NCBI GenBank assembly: GCA_964016885.1
Contig: OZ024747.1
Span: 42,842,001 to 42,906,000, forward strand
Length of the DNA: 64,000 nt
Reading direction: 5' to 3'
From: Eledone cirrhosa
Lineage: Eukaryota
In this document: positions 41,996 to 55,560 of the stretch, in pieces
How positions within the stretch are numbered: the stretch's first letter is position 1
Layout of the letters: each line of letters opens with the position of its first letter
The notes under the pieces: generated by a model
Database searches by the model: none
The model's input: the letters and a program-made list of their open reading frames with translations, nothing else
What the model was told of the DNA's origin: nothing
Program-made: the position numbers and the translations under genes

Positions 41996-42869
41996 TTTGA
42001 GATAAATAGATAGATAGATAGTTATCCAAACACACACACATTTCTTACTCTCTCTCTGTCCCTCCCTCTTTCTCTCTTCATTTATATATATATATATATG
42101 TGTATGTGTGTGTGTGTGTGTGGAGCGTTGTTATTTGGCGTTGTTGAAAAGAGCTGTGGCCTTTGACCTGGCAATAAATAACTGTAGACAAAATTCTTTC
42201 TGTACCAAGGCATACGCACACACAAGTTTGTGTGTGTGTGTGTGTGTATGTGTCTATCTATGTTTATATATAAGGGATAAAAATATTGCTTTCTCAGTCA
42301 CCAAGCTTAATTCATTCCTTACTACTTATTTTGCTATGAGGTATATTATTTTGCAAGGTAGTATTTTTCCCCTGAGTTTGTGATTTCAGAGAAAGGTAAG
42401 AAATTCTTCATCTTTGCATCTTTTGTATTTTGACTTTGCCGTTTCAATTGTCTATCCACTCAAAATATTACAACAGCTAACAGTGAAATATAGAATTTAA
42501 AAAAAAAAAAGCTTTTTCGACTGAGATCAAATGTTTTTTTTTTCATTTCAAAAATATATAATTTGAAATAGCTTGCTTTTGTTTTGACTGAAACTTTTTT
42601 GTATTTAATTCGTATGAGTATTTTTTAAAGAATCTAAGATAACTTGATTTGGCCCAGTAATCTACTGATATCAAAATCAGTAGTATATTGAAAAATGGAA
42701 AAAAAAATAGGGGGGGGGGGGCGTTTTGTGATTTCGAGGGGCAAAAGGGGGCGTTTGGCCAAAATGGGTTGATAACCTTTGGTGTAGAATCATGCGACAG
42801 AACACAGCAACACTTCTGTGGTATCAGTAGAATAAGAAGAAAGAGAGAAAAACTTCAGCCCTAGATGAG

Positions 42870-43073
42870 TTCCATCCATTTACCAATAGTAATTATGTAG
42901 GTGGATTTCTTGCAAAAAGGAAGAAGCCTTTTCAATTAATTTCCAAACATGAACGCTGCACACATACTTTTCAAGAGTTTGGTGCAGGTCAAGTCCCTTC
43001 TGACAGCCTGGTTTCCTGTTTGGAGCAATTTCTATGCCATATGTATGGTTTGAAGAAAGCATCAAAGAGGTGA
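42870..43073 (+). mobile_element. Probable Academ-type (XPG/H3TH-like) transposon fragment
   Basis: FHPFTNSNYVGGFLAKRKKPF...LEQFLCHMYG resembles FHAFTGCD.TSAF.GKGK...LE.FVC.LYG. Confidence 0.45.
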
Positions 43074-43556
43074 CTTTGTTCATACTGGGGACAAATATGA
43101 CTTTGTTAGGAAACAAATGATGGACATAAAGTCAACGTTCTTTGAAGACTCTTGGGATGGCACCTAAGGGAAATGGCTTTGTGAGTCCCTTATTAGGAAA
43201 TGAGTCCCTAGACAAGTCAAAAACATGACAATCGCTCTAGTGTTGTTGCCATGATAAAATGAGTGCCGTAATCTATGTAAGTGTGATGTGCCCTTGTGAC
43301 CCATGTGAGAGGTCAGTAGCATTGTGAGAGGTCATTTGCCCTGATTAAGTACAGACTTGGTAGCTAACAACCCACCGAAACCTTGCTAGCAGGGAAAAAC
43401 AGACATTAAATAATGACGATGGCAATGATGATGATAATGATGATGATGATGATGATAAAGGACACTCCAAAATTTATATTTATAAAATATGCAAGCTCCT
43501 GTACCAAGTTTTGGGACACATGAACCATTTTGCTGCGCTGCCATCTGTTAAAGAAT

Positions 43557-43769
43557 GGTTTCTTATGGCACAAGGCCAGTAATTTTGGGGAGGGGAAAGT
43601 CGATTAAATCGACCCAGTACGTTACTGGTACTTTATTTCATCGACCCCGTAAGGATGAAAGGCAAAGTTAACCTCGGCAGGATTTGAACTCAGAACATAA
43701 AGGGCCGTAACTCTATGCTGCAAAGCATGGCGTCCAACCCTCTGTCGATACTGCCAATCTACTGCCCTT
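43557..43769 (-). mobile_element. SINE family A with 16-bp TSD
   Basis: TSD CCATCTGTTAAAGAAT at 43541-43556 and 43770-43785. Confidence 0.9.
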
Positions 43770-44647
43770 CCATCTGTTAAAGAATAAAAAGAAATCTTAT
43801 TACTAGATTTAAGAAGTACTGATATATGGTAATCAATCAATATTGATTGTAAGTTTTCATTTATATTAGAAAGTTGCACTGAAACCATTGTTCTGGATTG
43901 TTCAGGCTATATTTGATTTCTTCATTTTCATTAACAATGACAAAGGAAAACAACTTACCAAAATAAATATGAAAAGACAAAATATGGCAAGAGGAAAAAA
44001 AAGATAAAAGAATTGAAAATATTAATTTTTATAAAAAGTTATCTAAAAAAAATAAAAAAAAGACTGAAGTTAATCTTTAATATATATTTTTTGGAGTGGC
44101 ATCTGTGGTAGGAAATATAAACGTTGCTATAGAAAAAAATTATCATTTATAAAAATTGTTTTCAATGATCATTGATGTGTTCAAGTATATATATATAAGT
44201 GGAAAATGAAATATATTAAAATAGTAAACAAAAAGGTTGACTTAAGAAGCACTAAAGGAATTTGAAATGTGTACCTCTCAATGCAAATTACCTTAATAAT
44301 AATTGTTTCTACTTTTGGCACAAAGCCAGCAATTACATAGTACATTACTGGTACTTTATTTTATCGACCCCCGTAAGGATGAAAGGCAAAGTTAACCTCG
44401 GCGGGATTTGAACTCAGACATGGCGTCCAACCCTCTGCCGATACTGCCAATTAATAATAATGGTTTCTGATTTAGGCACACGGCCAACAATTTTGGGGAG
44501 AGGGGAAAGTCGATTAAATCAACCCCAGTGCATTACTAGTACTTTATTTTATCAACCCCATGAGGATGAAAGGCAAAGATAGCCTCTGTGGGATTTGAAC
44601 TCAGACCATAGAGGACCGTAACTCTATGGTGCAAAGCACGGTGTCTG

Positions 44648-44822
44648 ATGCTAGGGTGGTGGATTGGCAGTATTGGTAGAGCATGCTAGGATGGTGGATT
44701 GGCAGTATTAGTAGAGCATGCTAGGGTGGTGGATTGGCAGTATTGGTAGAGCATGCTAGGGTGGTGGATTGGCAGTATTGGTAGAGCATGCTAGGGTGGT
44801 GGATTGGCAGTATTGGTAGAGC
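44648..44822 (+). repeat. 35-bp tandem repeat x5 made from the SINE A 5' head
   Basis: ATGCTAGGGTGGTGGATTGGCAGTATTGGTAGAGC at 44648, 44683, 44718, 44753 and 44788. Confidence 0.95.
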
Positions 44823-44944
44823 ATTAGACACCATGCTTTGCAGCATAGAATCACATTCCTTTATGATCTGAGATTAAATCCCGCTAAGTTTAGCTTTGCC
44901 TTTCATCCTTATGGGATTGATAAAGCACCAATCACACAATAATA

Positions 44945-45406
44945 ATGATATTTGGAATCAAGTTCAAGGTTTTAACAATATGCCAGAATGAAGTTCAAGA
45001 ATCTCCAATCTATCTTGACTGCCTTGAGTTGATGTGCTCAAGTTTTCTGCAACCTTTTCCTTTACATTCTTACCTAGAGCTTTGTTTGTTTCTAGCTGAG
45101 TGCTGTGTGTCTGTTTGTGGAAGGTTACTGAACTCTGTTTTTCCAACTGACTAATCAAATGTCTAATCATTGATTCACTTGAAGAGTCTCTCATGCTGTA
45201 ATGGTATCGATATGCTTGTCTGGCCAGAATTGTTGGTCTTTGTTTTGATAGTAAAATTTTACAATTTTTGTTTGCTGTTTGGTCATAAAATTTTTTCATG
45301 GTTTTCAAGGTTTTCTTCATAAAATATACAAAGAAAAATACCAAAAGTAATTAAAAGATTTTTATTAAAATTTCAGACCCCTTGGTGACATTTGGCCCAC
45401 CCTGTA
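44945..45406 (-). mobile_element. Tc1/mariner-superfamily 5' fragment
   Basis: Minus strand starts TA|CAGGGTGGGCCAAATGTCACC; ORF 44964-45344 (SESMIRHLISQLEKQSSV...V.E.V.EN...S) resembles a transposase N-terminal HTH region. Confidence 0.55.
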
Positions 45407-46977
45407 TTAAATTTATTATGTAATGAGAAATTTAAAGACAAATTGAATTTCTGTTACTTCTATATTTGTTCTTGGAGACACACACATTGAAATATCTAAA
45501 AATTAAGCTTGCATTCCAAGATCACAATTTTATTTGAATTTCTTACATTTACATGTAACTGAAGGCAGCAAATTGGCAAGAATTGTTAGAATGTTGAATA
45601 GAATGATTTGTGATATTTGTTTTTGGCTCTCTGCACTCTGAGTTCAAATCTCACCAAGGTCAACTTTGCTTTTATCCTTTTGAAGTCAATTAAAAAAAGT
45701 ACCAGTCCTGTACTGAGGTCAATTCTTCCTCTATATATCCTTCTTTGAAAGAAATTTCCTGTGCTAAAACCTGGAGAGGCATGGGCTCTACCAGGTTTAA
45801 ATGCCTAAGACATATCATATATCACAATAGCATCTTTATGGCTCCATCAGGAATTATGGGTCAATGATGATGAATGATGATGTAAAATCTATAATACCAA
45901 ACTAAAGCAGATAATGTTTTATGTAAGGAATATTGTCACCCTTAAATCTTTGTGTTAACTTAATGGATAAACAAATATAGATGTTTGTAGAGAAAGTGCT
46001 CAAACTTCATAAGGTCAGAAATAAAGAACAGTACTTTGTGAAGTTACAATAGATTGTAAGTGAATATGTATCATAGGATTGTGATTGACTCTCAAAGCGA
46101 ACTGTTAGGAATCAGTGATTATCATGAGTTTGATATGATGTTTGAATATATCAATCAAGCTAGAGAATAAGAGATGAAAGGAATCTCATTCCATTATGGT
46201 GTGGATTCCATCATCATCATCATCATCATTTTTATGTCTGCTTTTCCATGCTTGCATGGGTCCTTCTCAGCATGGCATCCCTCCATTCACTGCATTCTTT
46301 TCTCATCTCCTCCATGAGTCTCAGCGATTTGAGGTCAGCTCTAACCACCTCTGCCCAGGTCTTTCTTGGTTTACTTCTACTGCGGTTTCCTTTCACTGGG
46401 ATTTCCTGGCAATTCTTCACCCAGGGATCAAGTAGAAAAGGGCAGTAGATTGATAGTCATTAGAGCATAGGATAAATACATAGTAGTATTTGTTCCGGCT
46501 CTTTATGTCCTGAGTTCAAATCCTGACATGATCAACCTTTCCTTTTATTCCTTTGGGGTTGATAAAATAAGGTACAAGTCAAATACTGGAGTTGATGTAA
46601 TTGACTTTCTTCTCCCCCAAATTACTGATCTTGTGCCTAAAGTAGAAATTATGATAAAAGTAGAAAGCCTGATCATCACACCTGCTGACGAATAATTGAT
46701 AGTGGATTTAATTCAACATTTAATTAAAAATTCAACATTTAAATTTAAGATTTTTTGTGAGCTAAGCAATTTTGTCTACTCATAGAACTCAATACAATCT
46801 ATAGGTTTTGCATTGGTTTTCAAAGCTGGAATCCTTACATCAACTGTCTTAATTTCAGACTCCTATAGTTAATTTTCTTTTAGAAATATGTTTTTACATT
46901 GCTGATGATTCAAGCTAATTTAGATTTAGGATGTGATTAATTTAGATGTGATAGAATATTTGACAGAGAATTTCATA

Positions 46978-48257
46978 GCATGGCCTAGAATCAAAAGGCC
47001 TTAAAGTTAACTTGTCTAAGACTAAAGTTCTAGTATGTAGAGAGGAAAATAGGGTACAGGTGCCCTCTGGGAAATGGCCATGCTCAGTGTGTAGGAAAGG
47101 AGTAGGTAGAAACTCCATTTTATGTCCCAAATGCAAAGTATGGGTGCATAAAAGATGTAGTGGGATCACAGGTAAGCTAACTAAGAACATAGATTTTATA
47201 TGTGGCCGGTGCTCTGGTGCAATAAGTAGCAGCAAGTGCCCACAGAATACTAGCTCATTCCATTGCACAGATGGTTCTATAGAAATAGTGGATACCTTCC
47301 GTTACTTGGGTGACAAAATCAGCAGTGGTGGAGGGTGCTCTGAAAGTACAGTAGCTAGAGTCAGAACTGGATGGAAAAAGTTCAGAGAGCTTATACCACT
47401 ATTAGCCACTAAAGGGTTCTCTCTAAAAATGAAAGGCAGGCTGTATGATGCCTGCATGCGAACAGCAATGTTACATGGCAGTGAGACCTGGGCATTGTGT
47501 GCAGAGGATATACGCAGACTGGAGAGGAACGAAGTTTGCATGCTCCGCTGGATGTGTAATAGTAATATACGTGAATGGCAAAGCATAAACGAACTAAGGG
47601 AAAAATTAGAAATAAGAGGGATCAAATGTTGTTTACTTGAGAGAAGACTATGTTGGTATGGTCATGTGATGCGCATGAAAGATGACAGCTGTATAAAAAA
47701 GTGCAGGGCAATAAAAATAGACGGTAGCCACGGAGTAGGCAGACCCAGAAAAACCTGGGACGACTTGATATATTCCGACCTCACACACTTACACCTCTCC
47801 AAGACAATGTCACTGGACCGAGATCTTTGGCGCTACACAGTAATACAGAAGACCCGCCTTACCTAAGTACAAAGTGAAACCTACTACAGTCAGTAGGCAC
47901 CTCTAACAAAATACATCCCCGTCTCACTACCCCCACCCCATCCACACCACCCTTTCAATGTAAAGTTATGTTGGTACCACAACATCCAGCCCGAAACAAA
48001 TTAGGTCGTGTAGGTATCACGACAAAAAAACACAGTCCACACTGTAATGTGGCCGTGTAGGTAACATGGAAAAAACCTCCCAGTTCCACACTGTAAACGT
48101 GGTTTGGTGTTAGGAAGGCCATCCAGCCGTAGAAAACCCGCCAGACAGTCCTATGCGAGCAAGACAACCACTCTTGCCTCAAGTGGGAAAACTCCCGTCC
48201 AAACCCATGCAAGCGTGGAAGATGGACGTTAAACGATGATGATGATAATGATGATGA
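46978..48257 (+). mobile_element. 5'-truncated second copy of the PHD-bearing RTE LINE
   Basis: ORF 47012-47866 is highly similar to the C-terminus of 38378-40828; same UTR and tail. Confidence 0.95.
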
Positions 48258-48549
48258 AAGTTGGACAAATGTATCTTGATTCCCTTTAACTCTTCCTTTA
48301 CCATATTTCTATTGAAAGACACTACTTATGAATTTCAAATAATTTTGAAAATAATTAAGAATTTGGGAGGATTTAGTAACATAACTAACTTTCTCCTTTT
48401 TAAGAGAGTGTTTGGAACATAAAAGTTCTTATTATAGTTTAAAATTATTATGGAAGGTTTTATATAATTATAAACAAGTTAAATAGCTGTGTATCCTAGA
48501 ATCAGTCACAGTTTCTACCAGTAACAACGATAATATATATCGACCAGTG

Positions 48550-51370
48550 CTACCACTCCAGACTCCAACACGAAAAAATATGGCTCAAGCAGAAATATGA
48601 GTGGATCTTACTTAAACTCCACAAGAAAAACACCGACACTAACAAACAGACAGACCAGGACCACGTAATAAATAGCAACATAACAACCGCTACCGCCGCA
48701 TCCACCAACACCGAGCCACACCTCAACGATGCGATGCACCTGGTCACCGACCTAACCGGCACCCTCATGAATGACGAGCTGAAACTCCTCCGCCTCGGAC
48801 CCAAGTTTATCGTCCCACAGTGACTCGATGACAGACTTAAACTCAACATCGAAGCCAACTTCTGCCGAGCCGCTTACCAACTTAAATGGGTGACCGCCAT
48901 CAACAGCGCCACGGAAAATAACAGCACCCACACAACCCGCCCTAAGTTCCCTACTTACCGCCTCGACCCCCCCCCCCCCCCCCTCCACCACCACCTACCA
49001 ACCACGAACTCGACACTAAACTCATCAGGTTAAAACACTCCATCTCTGATATCCTACTCAAACACACACGCACAACGCACAATCTCACTAAATCTCAACT
49101 CACCACTCTCTCCAACCTGAAATTGAGGAACCTTATCTACCTCCTCTCCAACAAGGGAAAAGAATTCTGCGTCATCAGTAGAGGCCTACAACACCCTAAT
49201 CCTCCAACACCCTGTCGATGACAGCCTCTACTCTAAAGTCACAGGGATCACTCCCACGCAGATCGAGGAGCACATCAATGCCGCCTGGACCAACATCTCC
49301 GACCGGCGGAAGCTTCCGAAGAAGCTGAGATACAACCTCCTCACGAGGAACAGCAGACTACCCGCCTTCTATCACCTCGTGATAACACACAAACAGGGGC
49401 CCGACCTGAAGATCAGGCCTATTGTATCGAGCATGGAAGGACCGCTCTACAAAATTTCATGGCTCCTAGGCAGAATACTTAAACCCATACTGGACACCTT
49501 GCCGGGACACGTAAACAGCTCCGAGGAAGTGTTGGAGCACCTAAATCAAATGGATCCTGACACCCGAAAGGCTAACAGGTATGCCTTCAACCTTGATGTG
49601 GTTGCTCTTTACACCTCGGTCCCGACGCTCCCGGCCGTCGATATACTGATGGAACGTGTCCAGTCTACCAACCTACACTGCTTCGCGTTCATCCCCACTG
49701 ACATCCACCAGCTCCTATCCATTGTCATTGACAACACATATTACAATTTTCTCGACCAAACATACCGGCAGGCCTCAGGGCTACCCATGGGCTCAAGCCT
49801 GTCGGGTGTGCTAGCAATCTCGTACATGGACAGCCTCAAGCACAAGGCACTCAACACCTGCCAGCCCAGTGCCGTCGCCTTTTTCTCAAGGTACGTGGAT
49901 GACATCCTCATCCTCACATCTTCCCAGGAGATGGCGAACGGGATTTATGAGACGTTCAGCAACACGGACGAGAATATTGACTTCAGTGTTGAACACACCA
50001 ACGACGATGGGTCCCTTGCCCTCCTCGATTTCTGAATCAACATCCTGGCACAGGGAGGGATCCACACCAGCTTCTACTGCAAGGCAGCCTGCAGGGACTT
50101 GTGCGTCCACTACAAATCTGCCCTCCCTAACAGTGCTAAAAGAGGTTACATCACGAACGAGATCACGCAGATTAAAAACAGATGCAGCGATCCCGTGAGT
50201 GGTGTCACCCATACCAAGTGGTTCCTCAAGGTGCTGGAGACAAACGGATACCCAGCATCACTTACAAGCAGAGTAAGAAACACCAGACGCAAGAGGCAGA
50301 GAAACACCCAAGGCAAGTGCTTCCTTAAAATCCCGCACCTGGGCAAGAAAACCACCAACGCTATCCGCAGGGCCATATGGAGGGAGGGCCTTGACACCCA
50401 CTTCGCCCACTCAGGCCCCTCTCTTCAGAGATGCCTCTCCAGGAAACCTGAGAAATTGGCTGACGCGTGTTCCATCAGCAACTGTCCGATGCGCCAAACG
50501 AAATGTTGCCTACGCACATACATTGTATACAAGGTAGAATGTGACAAGTGCAATGACTACTACATCGGTAGCACAATCCAGCCACTACATATCCAGATCA
50601 AGGAGCACACCAACACCAAGGTCTTGTCTTTCCGGAAACACATAACCAAATGCGGAAACAAAGATGGAAGGCCCATTTCCATAGTGTTAGCAACAGAACG
50701 CAATATCGGCACTTTAAGATTCAAGGAAGCACTTTAAGAATCAAGGAAGCACTTTGGATCAAACGCCTCGGACCACAAATAAATAACCGATCCGAGAGAA
50801 GTGAGATGAGGTGGCTGGTGTAAACAAACTAACATCAACACACACACAGCGGCAATTGAACGATTGTTATTGTGTATATAGTGTGTCCACCATCCACTGA
50901 CCAACAAACAACAATCAGGCAGATTACCAATACAACTCCACACCGGTCAGTATCAAAGACTGAATACAAGAAATTGACAGCGAAGATGCGTACACACTGA
51001 CACATCACCATCCCACTACTCTAGTATAGAAGAACTGCCTCGATCTTTGACTGACCGCAACTATTCCGTGTGCACATGCGCCCTACAGAGTAGTTCAGTT
51101 GTACACACACGGTAGACAACAGAGGCCACATGTTATTCCTCTCCGACTAAAAACTTTCCCCCTCGGAAACCCCCCAGTTGATGGATGCGAAATCTGAAAT
51201 ATAGGGACAATTAAATCACTTCCAAGGTAACTCTATCTCATGTTATTATTTTTACTCTCTTTCCTACGTTTCTCTACACCTTATTCATTCTACATTTCCT
51301 CCTACATCTCTCTTATTACCACTTGATTCTGTTACCCGTAAAATTACCCATCTGCATTGTTGAGGCTTCT
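48550..51370 (+). mobile_element. Decayed Penelope-like element (RT plus GIY-YIG; tentatively Nematis-like)
   Basis: KIRPIVS, LDVVALYTSVP, YRQASGLPMGSSLS, RYVDDIL, LALLDF, IVYKVECDKC..YYIGST..LHIQIKEH; stops and frameshifts. Confidence 0.9.
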
Positions 51371-51677
51371 AAAACGACCAATTTTAATCATCATCATCAT
51401 CATTATAATCAAATTTTAATATTTAATTAAATAATAATATTTAGTTAATTAATTAAATTAATCTAGGTTGAGCAGTCAATTTTTGAGGATCTTGTGAGCT
51501 TTTTCTAGCTTCTCTCTTAACCTATAGCTTTTAATGGCAAACAGACTTTTTATGCTCAACCATGTAATTTTTATAATCTCATGTGCTATTTTTGGCTGAA
51601 AGTTTAGTCAGTGTCTAGACGCTATATATCAACACAGTATAATTCATTTGAATTTTTCTGGAAAAAGCTTTAAATTA

Positions 51678-53224
51678 CAACGTGTAACAAACATTTTTTT
51701 TTCTATGTTCCTGGCTTGTAATCACTTTTTTTGTGTTGCTTAGGTCCCAAATAAATAAGAAAGTGCTATTAAACAGTTAAAAGTTTGGGTTTGTAAACAT
51801 TCTAAGTTATTCACTAGAATTATTTGTATGCTGGATTTTATGTTGTATGTAAGTTTAATTTGCTTATGTTAAATGATTTTTTTTATATATGTTTCAGGTT
51901 AAATTAAAATGATAAAATAAAGAGTAATACCTAAAGAAAAGTATAAAAGTGCAATAAAGTATAAAATTGTTAAAAAGTGGATTAAAGAGATTTATTGATA
52001 CTGGATTTTCGTACCCTGAATAAAGGGTAAGTTGTGTTTTAAGCATTCGTCTCCAGGATGTAGCAGTGGAACTTGCTATTTATAGATAGCTCCACCACAA
52101 GTTTGAAGGCTGTCCTCCTCCACAATGGAAACAAGTTCCCGACACTGCCACTAGCTCATCCAGTCTACCTGAAGAAAGATTACTACAGTGTGAAAGTCCT
52201 CTTGGAAGCTCTGCAATACAACCAGTACAATTGGGAAATCATTGGAGACTTCAAGATGGTGGCTTTCCTGCTTGGACTCCAAGGAGGCTTTATCAAATTC
52301 CAATGCTTCCTCTGCCTTTGGGACAGCAGAGCCACGTCTGACCACTACAAAAGAAAGAACTGGGGGCAGCGAACAGAATTTGTAGTTGGGACCCGGAACG
52401 TCATGTGGGAGCCACTGGTTGATCCCAGGATTGTGTTCATGCCGCCACTGCACATTAAGTTGGGGTTGATGAAGCAGTTTGTGAAGGCTCTCAACCAAGA
52501 ATCAGCCGCTTTTAAGTACCTTCTTGAGTTCTTCCCCAAGTTATCTGAGGCCAAAATCAAAGGTGGAATTTTTGTTGGACCTCAGATAAAGAAGGTGTTT
52601 GAGTCTACCGAGTTCTCGAATAAGCTCAATAGGATTGAGAGAACAGCATGGAACTGTTTCAAGGCAGTTGTTAAGGGCTTCCTGGGTAACTACAGAGCTG
52701 AAAACTACCAGCAACTGGTGCAGGATCTGATAAAGGCTTTTGGCGGCGCCCATGGGATGCAGGATGTCGCTTAAACTCCATATGCTCACCTGGAAAAATT
52801 CAAGGACAATATGGGCGCCTACTCAGAAAAACAAAGCAAACGATTCCACCAAGATGTGAAAGAAATAGAGCGGAGGTACCAGGGCCACTACAATGAAAAA
52901 ATGATGGGAGACTATATATGGGGGCTAGTGCGGGAATGCGACCTGGACTACAACCGCAAATCCAGGAAATCCAGTCATTTCTGACGTGTATAAGTTGCTT
53001 TATAAGTGTTATTTGTTTTTACTTGTTTGCTTTTGATAAGCTTGTGTAATAAAATAAATATATACTCTGTTGATTTAATTATATGAACTGATAAATTTTT
53101 AAAAAATGTGTTTTTTCTTGAAAAATATGAAAATTTTGAAATATCAAACTTCTGACCACAAACCCAAACTTCTGATTAAATAATAGTATTTTTTTTATAA
53201 TGATGGGATATAACAAACACAGTG
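51678..53224 (+). mobile_element. Internally deleted Chapaev3-like (CMC) DNA transposon; transposase remnant 52070-52983
   Basis: LFIDSS..SLKAVLLHNGN, GDFKM..LLGLQ.G..K..CFLCLWDSRA, PPLHIKLGLMKQFVKAL, RFHQD, RYQG; inverted AAGTTTGGGTTTGT (51781-51794) / ACAAACCCAAACTT (53158-53171); 3' CACAGTG. Confidence 0.8.
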
Positions 53225-54785
53225 TTATGTATGTTTTAAGACTTGCTTACTGAGGAGTTATAATAGTCTTAATTAGCTAAGTAACTGTCTCAGGGAAGGA
53301 TCGCTGGACAGATTTTATGGGCAAAACCAACCAGCAAGAGACCTAGGGGTAGACCCTGAGTAAGAAGGCTGGATAACATGCATGAGCTTGGCTGGTCATG
53401 CTTGGGGATCCAGCTGGATCAGTTGGAGACAGCATTCTAATTATGGACTTAAACTGTTTGCTGAATCTTCCTTTCTTTTTCTAGGATCAATTAAAATCGG
53501 CTTCTTATGATAGCTTTGAATAAGAAACCTTCAGCTATGATTCATCTTAATCTGCAGTGTTTATCCAATGAGGTGTTAAGAGCAATATAATGGCGTTTGT
53601 TTTCTTTTTCTTATATTGAGAGATTTCTGATAATTCTGTCTAAAAACTGCTTTCACAGTAGATTAGTATTCATATTAGATACTACCATGCAATTTAAAAA
53701 TATTTAACCTTTAGCATTTAAACCGGCCATATTTGGCCAGAATCTCTCACCTCTTTCTGTTCAAACTGGCTGTAACCGACTGCTCATACTGATGTTAAGG
53801 TATTGTTCTCAAAATAAATAACATCAAAATCTCAGATTCGATATTATGTGAGATAATTATGTAAGATAAGCCTTTATCACAAACATAAAATAGTAAATAT
53901 AGAGTAAAGTAAATGTTAAAGGGTTAAGAATGGATAAATACATATAGTGCACTCTGTAAAGTGGTTAGTGATAGGAAGAGCATCCAGCCATAGTAAATCT
54001 GTCAAACAAAGACTGTACAGCTGTGTCAAAGACATGGCAACATCGCTAATGTTGGTGGTTTACATAATAAATGCATTCAATACACTATAAAGTGGTTAAT
54101 GACAGGAAGGGTATTCTGCTGTAGAAAACCTGCCGAATAAGGAATTTTCTGCTGTGTCAAAGACATGACAACCTCCCTAGTAGTGTGTCATGATAAAATG
54201 CACACGGTAGTGCGCATGAATATATGTGAAATGATGGACGTTAAATGACGATACATTGCTCTCACACACAGATTACTAAGGGTAGAAAGGACTTTTCAGT
54301 TGTGGCTAAGACATGACAACCTCCCTAGTGTTGGTGCCATGATAAAATGCATGGTGCACTCTGTCCAACCCTTGCTATCAGGAAAATGAATATTACATGG
54401 TTATTATTATTATGGGGTCGATAAAATAAAGCACCAGTAATGCACTGGAATAATTGCTGGCCTTGAGCCAAAAGTAGAAACTTCCTTTGAATTCTACTCT
54501 TTCTCATATGCCAAGTGTCAACCTGGCACTTGAGTCAAAATTTGATAAAACACACATTTTACAATCTATTGTCATACAAATGATGCCACAAGGACACAAA
54601 CAACAATAAATGTCTTTGCAAGGTTTTAAATTGATAATTCCCTTCTCAGAAAATGGATAGTGCCAGTCAGCACTATTTTCTGTATCTATTGCAGAGGTGG
54701 TTTTCCAGGTATGTGGTCCAAATATTTTTCAGTACCCTTTTTTATCATTCCAAGTACACTGACTATCATTGGTATTATACAGGCC

Positions 54786-55560
54786 TTAAGATCTTTTCTC
54801 AATTTCAATTGATAGATCTTTATAAATACTGAGCTTTCCGAACTCTTTCGAAGAGATGTTATGATCTGATGGGATGCTCATGTCAATTATATCAGGTCTG
54901 TTGGCCTTGGTTGTTTTGTCAGTATTCACAGGAAAATCCCAGAGGATTGTTATGTTCTCGCCTCCTGCTACTGCATCTGGATGATTGTTGTACCATTTCC
55001 CCTCCATTTTGAGACCATAAAATTTGCACATTACCCAGGTAAGTATTGCTCCACTTTATCATGCCTCATTTTATATTCCTTTTATATACTTTGCAGCCTG
55101 AAACCAGGTGGTCAATGGTCTCAAAATGGTCATGACAGAATTAACACTTTCTGATCAAATTGGCTTGAAATTTGCATGCTGGGAGACACTGGTCTTGTGC
55201 AGCCAAAATGAAATCATTACTCTTTGCCTTAAGCCCAGAACTTCAGTCACTAATAGGTGAGAGCTTGATCTACATCTGGTTCTTTGCTTCAGAGAACATA
55301 ATGCCCATTCAGTGGTTTGTCCTCCCATTTAGTGCACAGTCTCTGTTGATCTTCATGTTTTGCCAACATGATAATCTTGGTGGCTTTAATTTCAGAATCG
55401 CTATTATTTTCAAACAGTATTTCCAGTTCTTCCAAAAGTTTCTTACTTTCCTTTGTGATTGAATGTAACCTCTTCTTCTTTTCATGAACTGTGACCACTT
55501 TCATCATCTAGTCATCTGTGGTTTTAAGGTACTGATTGAGTCGAACGTAGTTGGTGCTAC
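54786..55560 (-). mobile_element. R4/Dong-like non-LTR C-terminal fragment (zinc knuckle plus RLE)
   Basis: KWY..HP, ILWDFPVNTDK...ANRPDI, D.SIP.D.NI..KE..K...YKDL; upstream ETIDHLVSGC and RHDKV. Confidence 0.75.

Larger units (their letters stand above)
36381..42781. mobile_element. Non-autonomous hAT element of 6.4 kb with nested insertions
   Basis: Left TAAAGGTTCTCAAC versus right reverse complement CAAAGGTTATCAAC (12/14); TSD GTGTAGAA at 36373-36380 and 42782-42789; GGGGGCGTT subterminal motifs at both ends. Confidence 0.75.

Noticed and set aside
50033-50035. In-frame TGA in the PLE as selenocysteine (as in some Naiad PLEs)
   Set aside because: It falls at LDF*INI, not a Cys position, and is best explained by CGA>TGA decay; the copy has other stops and frameshifts, and I saw no SECIS.
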